NCBI RefSeq assembly: GCF_006345805.1
Contig: NC_043009.1
Location: 33,046,001-33,110,000, forward strand
Reading direction: 5' to 3'
DNA: 64,000 bases
Source: Octopus sinensis
Lineage: Eukaryota
The position numbers and the translations under genes are program-made. The notes under the pieces were generated by a model. That model made no database searches and was not told the origin of the DNA. It saw only the letters and a program-made list of their open reading frames with translations. Shown in pieces: positions 1 to 10,081 of this stretch (the first letter of the stretch is position 1; each line of letters begins with the position of its first letter).

Positions 1-204
1 CTGTGTTGGGCCAAACGCTTTGCAATATTCTGGTAACTTGCTTTAATCGTCAAGTTAAACTAAAAGTAACCAGACATTCAAAGCAGAGATCATCGTGTTG
101 CAGCGTCTGAAGCCACCTATCTTCCAGTTTGGGGATTCCACACTAATGCTAGTTGTTGGTCTTTGAGGCAAAGAACATCTTGCCTTAAACTTCCACCTGC
201 TCTT

Positions 205-780
205 TATTGATGAAGTGAGCCATGGATTGGAACAAGTAATAATCGAGGAAGATATTTTACTGCACTCCTAACGCACATGAGCAGTAACTCAAGCAAGGGA
301 AAGCTTTCAGAACCTGTCGCTAAACATGGGTGTTTCAAGCGTATGGTAAGTCTCTGCGTCTGGGGGAATTATTATGGAATAATTCACAAAAAAGTTCTTT
401 CCGGACAGTCGAATCATCGATAGCAGCCTATACTCTGAACAGCTGGAGCAGGCATACGCCACTGTGCAGCAAAAAACAGAATTGGTTAAATACTATACAA
501 GACCTCGTACCGCTTGAACGACTCTATATAAACTCTAGAAACATGAGGGAGACGAACTGATGCTACACCCGACATAGAGTCCGGACCTAGAGTCCTTCTG
601 ATTATCCCTGATTCCGATTCTTTGCTCATTTCATCAACGAACAGAAGGTAGAAGTTTCAGTGAAGGAGTTCTTTGCCTTAAGGAATAAAAACTTATTCCA
701 GCATGTTATTAAAGACCTGACAGATATATGGCTTCAGATCGATCTTAACAATCGATTAATATCCCCACTCTATTGGCAAA
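205..780 (+). pseudogene. Decayed mariner (Tc1/mariner) transposase, catalytic-domain fragment
   Basis: Manual translation from 337 gives KRMVSLCVWGNYYGIIH (cf. KVMLCVWW..GIIY). After a frameshift it reads IDSSLYSEQLEQ...RPRTA...LMLHPT*SPDLE (cf. TI.S..Y..QL, ARPH.A, HPPYSPDLAPSD). Multiple stops and frameshifts. Confidence 0.75.
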
Positions 781-847
781 TGACCATTGTCATCATAATC
801 ATCAGAAACATTATGATCTTTAGCTTCTTCTTTCTCGACACTGTTTA

Positions 848-881
<34 letters not shown>

Positions 882-1525
882 ATTTTGCTCTCTTTCCTCC
901 TCATTCGTTTTCATTTCTGTTCGACTTAACGATCATATCTACTTGTAATCGCGTATGATATAATGAAGGATAAATTAGTCGGCATTATGACTGATCTCTT
1001 TGACAATGATTCTGCAATGACATAGATGGAATGAAACCGCAACAAAGAGATCTTCAATTCCTTCAACTCCTCTCTTTCCAGTAAACTGGAACAATAATTT
1101 TCATTACCAATTCCACAGCAACACATCTAAAGAAAATACACGGATACAAGTCTTTGATTGAGAACCCCAAATCTCAATTACTTCGTTATTGCAACTTCTC
1201 CTTAAAACCGATAAAATTAAAGGATAATTCTTACATATTAAATGATAATTCTTATGTACAGACACATATTATCTGTCCATAGTAAAACGTTGTATGGATG
1301 ACAAGCATGAGACTAATATATTCCTGGTTCAAACTTTGGAATGTACACGGTAATTTCAGGTGTTAATTTTCTTTGATCTTTGCTCCCAGCTTGTAAGCGG
1401 AATCACTTTGTAAGTATTTGTGTAATTACAGATACGGAGGGTTAATGATTCTACATAAATTAGAATATGAGAGAGGACCACATTTCAACATTTTCAGACC
1501 TATCGAAGTCAATAAGAAATAGGAC

Positions 1526-1695
<170 letters not shown>

Positions 1696-1849
1696 AGACA
1701 TTGGGGAGGGAGGGGGACAATTATGCGGATATATAACGGCTTCGGTATGAAATACAAAATATGTGTATACGTATACATGCATCATAATATATATCATAAT
1801 ATAATATGAATATAATATAAGATAAGATGACATAAAAAAGAGCATGAAA

Positions 1850-2265
1850 AAAAAATAGCCAACAATTTGTTTCGACTAATATACTTTATTTGATTTATAA
1901 ACAATTCAATCCACTTATAAAGGTCTCATCAGAGCTACAGTTTAAAAATAGACGAAATTTTGCGTGTAAGTGCAGCTGGTTTGCAAAAAAAATAATCCAA
2001 ATGTATTATGAGCGCGAGCGTTAACTTTTCAACTACATAACAATTACAATTAAAAAACAACAAAATTATAAAGGACAAACTAATTAAGTAAATCGAATCT
2101 ACAATTATCGAAATATATTTCTATATATTGATCCAAATTCGTTTAGGTCGAAGACAACCTTTCGCTATTATAATAACATACAACTACAAAGTATAGGTAC
2201 ACAAGCATCAGGGTCTTAATCTAGAAACTAATAAAACGTGTAAAAAAAGATACAGAGACACACAT
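1850..2265 (-). mobile_element. Penelope-like element 3' remnant (pLTR region) carrying a hammerhead
   Basis: Contains the HHR at 1856-1937. The upstream minus-strand sequence near 2110-2150 (NEFGSIYRNIFR*) loosely resembles a PLE ORF C-terminus. Borders a (TA/CA)n tract. Boundaries approximate. Confidence 0.5.
1856..1937 (-). ncRNA. Type I hammerhead ribozyme, intact core
   Basis: Minus strand reads UAGCU-CUGAUGA-GAC...GUC-GAAA-CAA-A-UUG-U-U-GGCUA. Stem I is 5 bp (first pair U.G), stem II has canonical G10.1-C11.1 plus a distal UUUAUAA/UUAUAAA helix, stem III is short, and the cleavage triplet is GUU. Confidence 0.85.
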
Positions 2266-2413
2266 ATTTTTATACTTATATACACATATATATAAACACA
2301 GATAATATATATATAATAATATATATAGTTATATTTTTATATGTGTGTGTACATATATATATATATATATACATATATATTATTAATATATATATATATA
2401 TGTATATTAATGT

Positions 2414-2476
<63 letters not shown>

Positions 2477-2520
2477 GGTGTGTGTATATATTACATATAT
2501 ATGCATGTACATGTATATAT

Positions 2521-2712
2521 AAGCGCCCTGATTGACCGCTAACTCCCAAAGTTTTATAATCTCTCTGTTTATTTCCTCGTGTTATTTTCTACTGAAGAGC
2601 GTTGGCTCGAAAGGTAAAATACTTTCTTGCCTTCCTGAGCGTCAAACTAATACATCTTCTTGTTGTTTATACACCTGTCTTCGTCTTTTTTTTTTCTATA
2701 ATTTTCAACAAC
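2521..2712 (+). mobile_element. Small non-autonomous PLE-type element with decayed minimal HHR
   Basis: 2584-2622 reads tttt-CTACTGA-A-GAGC-gttg-GCTC-GAAA-GGTA-aaa. Stem II and GAAA are intact; the core is mutated from CTGATGA. Microsatellite on both sides. Confidence 0.5.
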
Positions 2713-2761
2713 TACACACACACACTCACACACACAACATGTGTATATATATATATGTGTA

Positions 2762-2801
<40 letters not shown>

Positions 2802-2824
2802 TAATATATATATTTGTTATATAT

Positions 2825-2857
<33 letters not shown>

Positions 2858-2867
2858 TAATTATATA

Positions 2868-2950
2868 GAAGGAGCTTCTACAGGACTAGACGTGTTTCAT
2901 CAATTCAGAAATCTTCAGGAAGTGGTTAACCCCGAATCAACCGGGACCTA
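2868..2950 (-). mobile_element. Short insert in (TA)n with HHR-like motif
   Basis: Minus strand 2919-2889 reads CTGAAGA-T-TTC-tgaatt-GAT-GAAA-CACG-TC (GUC triplet; CACG probably decayed CGCG). Stem I does not pair. Confidence 0.45.
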
Positions 2951-2979
2951 CATATATATAATATACATATTATATATAT

Positions 2980-3017
<38 letters not shown>

Positions 3018-3437
3018 CATGATAGAAAAAGGTGATGTATAACAATTGGCAATTCAAAAATTAAAATTTAAAAGTTATGAGCATAATATTATATTATATT
3101 ATATTCTTATAATAAATCATTAATAAACAATATATTCTTATAATAATACAATATAATAAGTGATAAATATGACATAGATTTCATATATTCAATTGTTGGC
3201 TGTAATAAAATTATAAAAAGTCATTGTTTTTTGGCCAAGAATCTCATTGGTGTAATTTCTTATGTATAAGAAATTACGCTGAGGTGATTCTCGGTCAAGA
3301 AACAACATACTTTTATAATTTTATTATTGCGAGGAATTGAAACATCGGTACGTGATCTATATTTCATATTTATTACTTACTAGCAGACATATCTGGTGTT
3401 ACTCGGGATTAAAATGACATAGATTTTTATTGTTTTA

Positions 3438-3592
3438 TTTGTTTCAGTCATGTGAGTGCGGCCATGATGGTGCAACACCTTCAGTCGAATAAATCGATCC
3501 TAGGATTCATTCTTCGTAAGCCTAGTACTTATTCTATTGGTTTCTTTTGCCGAAACGCTAAGTTACGGGGATATAAACACAGCAACATCGGC
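3438..3592 (-). mobile_element. SINE family A (octopus OK-like) 3' fragment
   Basis: Matches the 3' half of the full copies at 5953-6371 and 14960-15391. Confidence 0.8.
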
Positions 3593-3765
3593 AGGAGTCA
3601 GACAGTTGTAGCCAATGGTGCTCACTCTGAAGTGACACCAATTCTCAGCGGAGTCCGACAGAGAACTGTACTGGGGCCTCTACTACTTGTGGTGGCTCTC
3701 TAAGAATGCCCTCCGTTGTACAGCCATATGTAATAAATACGCAAGTAAATACTGATACTATGGTA
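3592..3765 (+). pseudogene. CR1/L2-group LINE reverse transcriptase fragment
   Basis: QTVVANGAHSEVTPILSGVRQRTVLGPLL resembles the RT motif SGVPQG.VLGP.LF; followed by a stop. Confidence 0.75.
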
Positions 3766-5339
3766 TTTCTACGCGTTTCGAGTTACTATGTAACAACGAC
3801 TTCTTCAAACAAAATTCTTTTATGTAATTGCCCGAAACACATGTATTAAATGCATCCAAAATAGCCAAATGTCAACATTTGGTGTTGTCTGTATTATATA
3901 TAGATGCATGTGTGTGCGCGTGCGCGTGTGCATGTGTGCGTTATAAACTTATACATTAGAATATTACATTTAATTGCATCTTACCTCAGATATAATGTGT
4001 GCATCATGAAATACGCAACTATTGTAGTGCACTTTAGTTCGTTGCAACAGTTATAACACTTATCAATAAATATAGCTTAACATTTATTATTAGTATTCAT
4101 TTACTTCAATAAAAAAAATCATTGCTTGGAAAGGTGAGATCTCAAACGGATGGCATCAGATGCGAAATATAGAAATCAATTTCACAATAGCACAAAAAAT
4201 TAAATGTCAATACTAAAATTAATTTGAATGTCGCACCAAATAAATGTATTAAAACTAGCGTTTTGCGTAAAGTATAATTTAACATAAGATCGGAATATTA
4301 GCTCCTTTATAAACACGGTTCGTCTTTACTTTCATCTCTCTATTCATAATTCATGAACAAAAATAATAAATTTTTCATTTGCTGCATAAAAAGTAGTAAC
4401 GGAATGAAAACTCTTAGGACGTGTAATGTGATTAAGTTGGAACGTTATGTGGCAAATTAATATGGTGTGCTTCGTTTTAAACCGGAATTCATTCAAAGTG
4501 CAAAGAAATAAAACTGGAAATTCAAATTGAAATAAGAAACGAAATTTGATTGCAAATATTACGTTTTCTTTTCTTGAATGCAAACAAGAGTAGAAATTAA
4601 AATGCAAACGGTGTAGAAATCTTCAAGTCTAAAATGAATAATTTAGCAAAAACATAATTTTGTTTTATGACAGTAATGATACTGATAGAAAAAGGTTTTA
4701 GCACACACACACAGATAGGTAGATATATTAGTGCGAACATGCTATCGTTAAGATAGCATCTTTTATATTGGTTTGATATCAATGTGTCATATATTCTTAT
4801 AGTGTATATGCGTAAATATACATATGGCATGCATGTGGAAAGATATCCAACATGAATGAGGCTCTAACATCAATAATAGAAAATGTGAAGTAGAACTATA
4901 AGTTGAATTGCAATTATGCTAAAAGAACGTGCATTTAAAATCATAGAAAATTGCTACCTAAGACTGCCGATAAAATTTAACATAAACATATGCATGCATA
5001 CACACTACGATGCATTTTTATTACGCTTAGTATTCGTTATTAATGACAATATCATCACAAATACAGTTACCCTACGTAGGTTTATGTATCATCAATAATT
5101 GAGCCTAATTCTCATTATTGACACTCTTTTGATTACTTCACATAAATAGAATAAACTCTTAATCACAGAACCTGTGATGACCATCTATTTAAGTTACTTT
5201 CAGTGACTATTTTACTTCGCCGGTCATTAGATGATTACTTTATATCAGAAACAGGTAAGCAATGGACTGTATTATATATAGATGCATGTGTGCTTGAAAT
5301 AAAAGGGAAAAAATTAAAATATCTATACATATTTCATAT

Positions 5340-5935
5340 ACTTCCGTCGTAACTGCTATCCTGTCTTTTCTCGCCCGCCTTCTAAGGCCACTGGTCGACA
5401 TTCTTTCTCTCTCGTCGTCCACTATAATCCAGCGTTTGCATTACTTTTTTCGTCTGGCGTAAACAGCCCTTCTTATCTTGTTCTCCTTGTCCTGTCTCTC
5501 ACTGTTATATATTTATTTTTCAACTGTTTATATATAATTTTTTTTTTTTTTACTGTTTATATGTTTGTACTGTCGTTACCGTCTTGCTATTTTTTACCAT
5601 TTTTTACCCCTCTGCGAAAAGATCTCAGATTTTAATTGATTTGCTTTTCGCAGGAAGGAAGTTTCTTCGAAGTATACGTCTCGCTTTTATCCTTCGAAAC
5701 GTAGAGTAGATGAAACCTTAGCGACTGAAGAAGGGGATTTTTCGTTGTGCTTATTGTCCTGTATCTCTTTTTTCTTTTTTGCTTGTCCTGTTCCTTGGTT
5801 TGTGTCTATGTTTTCGTCTCTCTATGTGTTCGACGTCTTTTTGGTGTCCTGTACACATATATGCGTGTATATGTACATGTAGAGGTAGGTACGTACATAT
5901 ATGTTTATATATATGCATATGTTCTATTTTATTAA
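5340..5935 (+). mobile_element. Interspersed non-coding element (family D, PLE-like)
   Basis: Its 3' part (ggtgtcctgtac...gtaggtacgtacatatatg...gcatatgtt) recurs at 59340-59460. It has a decayed HHR-like segment at 5649-5706 (GAAGGA...TCCTTC-GAAA-CGTA) and ends in (TA)n. Confidence 0.5.
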
Positions 5936-5952
5936 CATATATATATATATAT

Positions 5953-6371
5953 GCGTAGGAGTGGCAGTGTGGTAAGTAGTTTGCTTACCAATCGCATGGT
6001 TTCGTGTTCAGTCCCACTGCGTGGCACCTTGGGCAAGTGTCTTCTACTATAGCCTCGGGCTGACCAAAGCCTTGTGAGTGGATTTGGTAGGCAAAAACTG
6101 AAAGAAGCCCGTCGTATATAAGTATATATATATATGTGTGTGAGTGCATATGTTTGTGCGTCTGTATTTGTCCCCACCCACCCACCCACATTGCGTGACA
6201 ACCGATGTTGGTGTGTTTACGTCCCCGTAACTTAGCGGTTCGGCAAAAGAGACCGATAGAATAAGTACTAGGCTTACAAAGAATACGTCCTGGGGTCGAT
6301 TTGCTCGGCTAAAGGCGGTGCTCCAGCATGGCCACTGTCAAATGACTGAAACAAGTAAAATAGTAAAAGAT
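5953..6371 (+). mobile_element. SINE family A (tRNA-derived, OK-like), full length
   Basis: tRNA-like head with A/B-box-like motifs, CORE-like ccttgggcaagtgtctt, internal TA/TG tract and gaaacaagtaaaa tail; many copies in the window. Confidence 0.9.
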
Positions 6372-6399
6372 ATATATATATATAGGTGCAACGTGAGTT

Positions 6400-6798
6400 T
6401 ATAAGTTTTCTTTCCATTCACACTGTTCTGCATTCAGCCCCACTGTGTGGAACCTTGGCCAATTGTGTAGCCTCAACCAAAACCTTAAGAGTGGATTTGG
6501 TAGACAGAAACTGAAGGAAGCAAGTGTGTTTCTGTGTGTATCTTTGTGTGTTTTAGTGTATTTGTGAGTTTGCATTTTTCTGTCTATGCTTGTCCTCAGC
6601 TTCCGCTGGACAACCAGCCTTCGTGTGTTTACATCTTCCATAACTTAGCAGTTCCGGAAAAGAAACTGATAAAATAATTACCAGGCTTAAATAAAAAATA
6701 AGTCCCTTGGTCGATTCGCTTCACTAAAATTCTTCAAGGTGATCCTCCAGCATGGCTGCAGTCTAAAGACTGAATCAAGTGGACAGATAAAAGAATAC
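6400..6798 (+). mobile_element. SINE family A, older diverged copy
   Basis: Collinear with the copy at 5953-6371. Confidence 0.75.
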
Positions 6799-7550
6799 CT
6801 TATGCAATATAGTTTCGAATCAACCCTAACGATTGATCTCCTACATCTATAAAACCTAATTTTATTTCCTTCTCATTGAAGTGATACAGTCTAAATACTT
6901 TAAACAACGAAGCGAAATAACAATTCCCAATGGAGGTTTAGCTTCCGCTGTCTAATCAATTCTCTTCTTTGCCCAACGGCAAAGAACAGCGATGTCAGGG
7001 CTGAGTGCCTCTAATTGTTAATGTTGACAGCGAAAACATTTCCTTTCACAGCACATATCATGCTATCGTGTAATTATGGCAGGAAAGTTTGCGGCATTTT
7101 ACTATGGTACAGCGCCAAATCAGAAAACCTTAGCGAGCAGACAAGTCAGCATCTATCTGCTTGAAATAGAAAGCATATTGTTCACTATAATAAAAGTGGA
7201 AAGGCACATTAGCTAATGTAGTCCGAGAAACACTGCTCCTAAAAGAATATATATATATGTAAAAAAAATGTGGCTGCAGCTGGAATGATTAGATCGCGGG
7301 TCTGCTTGGTTAAAACTGATGTCGAGTTCAATACTTCTTTCTTTTATCTTCCAGTGACATAAAACCTCGCTGCGTCAAACCTGGCGCATATGTGTGTTAC
7401 TGAGTCATTCAATAACATATGTGTAGCTAGCCGAAACTTCGAAGTCACTACCAAAAATATTCTTGCTTAAGAATAATAAACTTGTATTCTACAGACGTAT
7501 AGAGTAACCCTTCGAATTAATGCAAAAATGTTTTTATTAGAACTGAACAT

Positions 7551-7960
7551 AAGTTGGCGTGCTGGCGTTATCGTTAGCATGCCGGGCAAAATATTTAACG
7601 GTATTTCAAGCTGGCAGAAACGTTAGCACGCCGGGCGAAATGCGTAACCGTATTTCGTCTGCCGTTACGTTCTGAGTTCAAATTCCGCTGAGGTTGACTT
7701 TGCCTTTCATCCTTTCGGAGTCGACTAAATAAGTACCAGTTACGCACTGGGGTCGATATAATCGACTTAATCCGTGTGTCTGTCCTTGTTTGTCCTCTCT
7801 GTGTTTAGCCCCTTGTGGCTAGTAAAGAAATAGGTATTTCGTCCGTCTTAATATTCTGAGTTGAAATTCTGTCGAGGTCGACTTTGCATTCATCCTTTCA
7901 GGGTCGATAAAATAGGCACCAGTTGAACAGTGGAGTCGGTACAATCGGCTTACACTCTAC
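7551..7960 (+). mobile_element. Nested SINE family B: young copy (7608-7840) inside an older copy
   Basis: The old head ends at ggtatttc (7600-7607). A young full copy follows and ends at ggtatttc (7833-7840), after which the old body resumes. Confidence 0.85.
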
Positions 7961-8703
7961 CCCCGCCCAACTTGCTGCCCTGTGACATTTTAACTTAACA
8001 CAAAAGCAAATATTGATGTAACTTGATATCGATTTCGCAAACTATATCGACTAAAGTGTAAATAGGTTGATTTTGTTTTGAGTACAAAATAAACCCGTTC
8101 AAATAATTGCCTTTCAATGTCCGATATTAAATACCAGTATTACATCAGTTTTATTCTCATTGTCTTAACAGAAATTGTTTTCTTCCCTAGATCAATAACA
8201 ATAAATATATTGTGAAACGATATATTCAACAAATTCGTTTGATAATGTGTATGACAAAACTTCACAATAAATCTAATACCCTGTGTTTCGAATATTTAGA
8301 GGAATTTCATTTTTAATTTCTTCTCTTGATTTCTGTCATTTTAAAAAGGGAAAACAATGCATTTTAACGGAATGCTCTTTTTCAAATGTGAATACATCAG
8401 AACTGTAATGAACATTGCGGTTCTACCGATGAAGAAACGTTTAGCGAAACGACTCGTCTATAAATATGAGAATATGAAAAGCCTTCGACATCTTTTCATC
8501 CAAAGGGAATTTTAACTCAATAAACCTACGTTCTTATTTGTAGTATTATCTGCTTCGAGATTCACCGTTCCAATTATTTTACATGCTCTCCACGTTTTTA
8601 AATTCTAATATATATATATATATATATATACAATATTTCCTCTATTTACATAATATTGAGGTCTCTTTCTTTCTTTTGTTATCTTACCGTTTTATCAATA
8701 TAT

Positions 8704-8785
<82 letters not shown>

Positions 8786-8846
8786 TACATACATATATGT
8801 TTACATACATATACACACACATACACACACACACATATATATATAT

Positions 8847-9240
8847 ATAATTTACAAGATAAGGGCAGAAGAAAAATTCTAATGCCAGATACGCCGAAAC
8901 GAAAAATTGTCGATAACCATTAAATTTATGCGTCTTTTATTTCATTTATATCTCGCGTATGTGCCGCTGAAGAGGGGAAAATTTCTTGTGAATTAACCCC
9001 GAAATTGGACCAATACGGTAATAACGAATTTTTTAGAGATTTCTATCGGTTTGTTTCGAGACGTATAAATTTAATGGTTATCGACAACTTTTCGTTTCGG
9101 CGTATTCTGGGCATTAGAATTTTTCTTCTGCCTTATCTTGTAAATTATGTATAAATTTTACCTTTAAAGGCATTTTTTCATATGCTGGCCATTGATAAAA
9201 ATTATTCCCGAAACAAAATTTATCCTATATCAATTATATA
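8847..9240 (+). mobile_element. HHR-bearing foldback element with 5' inversion (PLE-type)
   Basis: About 90-bp inverted arms at 8847-8935 and 9059-9148 with an HHR between them. The tail continues to (TA)n at ~9240; (TA)n also lies on the left. Confidence 0.8.
8963..9019 (+). ncRNA. Type I hammerhead ribozyme, intact core
   Basis: Reads GCCG-CUGAAGA-GGGG...CCCC-GAAA-UUGG-A-CCAA-U-A-CGGU. All three stems pair; the cleavage triplet is AUA, with the cut predicted after 9015. Confidence 0.85.
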
Positions 9241-9269
9241 TATATATATATATCATTAATGTGAACACA

Positions 9270-10017
9270 TATTCTTAATAATTGGTACGACTCTCTGTTT
9301 GTCTCTCTCTTTTCTCTCTATTCATCTTCTCTTTCCTCTGATCCTTTGGTCTAGTCTTCCACTACCCTCCTATTTCTTTGTCTCGCTCTGCACTCACAGG
9401 TCATTCTTCGACACCCATCCCTTCTCCTCTCTGATTCCTTCTTTCTCTCTCTTCTCTCTCTTTGTTGCGTTTTGTCCCCCTTTTCTCTCTCTCTCTTCCT
9501 TTGCTTCTCTTTCTTTTCTTTTCCCTCTTCTCTGTCACGTGACTGTTGGCCGAAATCTGCCTTTCAGCTCCTGACCCTCGTCGTGTTAACATCGTTGTTT
9601 TTCGTCCGCCGCTATAAAGGCTTTTCCAATGCGCCAGAGAAAAAATTTGTTTGCTTGTTATCAGTCGTAAGACACTTGTTGTTTTCACCGTTAATGCTTC
9701 TGTATTTCATGTTTCTGTATTCCATTATTGTTTTTTGTTTTTTTTATACCTGTCCCTTTTGCTGTCCTGGTGTTCGTATGCATTCGATCCTTCTTCCAGG
9801 AAATCTACGCTTCCAGCTTAGTTTTTCTAATGCTCGTTGCTTAGTTTTTCTTGGAGGGCTGGCCGTGATCTAGTAATCTCAAGATTAATCAGCCGAAATT
9901 ACTACGATGATCCGGTTCTTGACTGAAGACTGAGGGGTTCGAATGTCCTGTCCATGTTTATTGTATCGTCTTCTAAGAGTTATACGTTCTTGTCCATGTT
10001 GTATTTTTCTACATACC

Positions 10018-10018
<1 letters not shown>
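9270..10018 (+). mobile_element. Interspersed non-coding element family E, copy 1
   Basis: Collinear with 32505-33338 (ttggtacga start, tcacgtgac, ggctggcc...taatcagccgaaatt, ccggttcttgactgaaga...cgaatgtcctgtcc). (TA)n on both sides. Confidence 0.75.

Positions 10019-10081
<63 letters not shown>

Larger units (their letters stand above)
2270..3020. repeat. Compound (TA)n/(TG)n/(CA)n microsatellite block interrupted by two small inserted elements
   Basis: Seen directly. Confidence 0.9.

Noticed and set aside
926-1126. Cys-rich short ORF MCCCGIGNENYC after a good acceptor
   Set aside because: No recognisable domain and no convincing donor in an open frame; kept only as part of the lncRNA speculation.
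5953-6030. SINE heads as tRNA genes
   Set aside because: No complete cloverleaf, and they continue into SINE bodies.
6965-6986. Perfect 9-bp hairpin TTCTTTGCC-CAAC-GGCAAAGAA (similar ones at 26184 and 56809)
   Set aside because: Not a histone stem-loop, with no Helitron CTRR end nearby; expected by chance at this length.
9920-9955. CTGAAGA...CGAA in family E (also 33245) and CTGAAGA at 5727
   Set aside because: No GAAA with a pairing stem II or stem III; not called as ribozymes.
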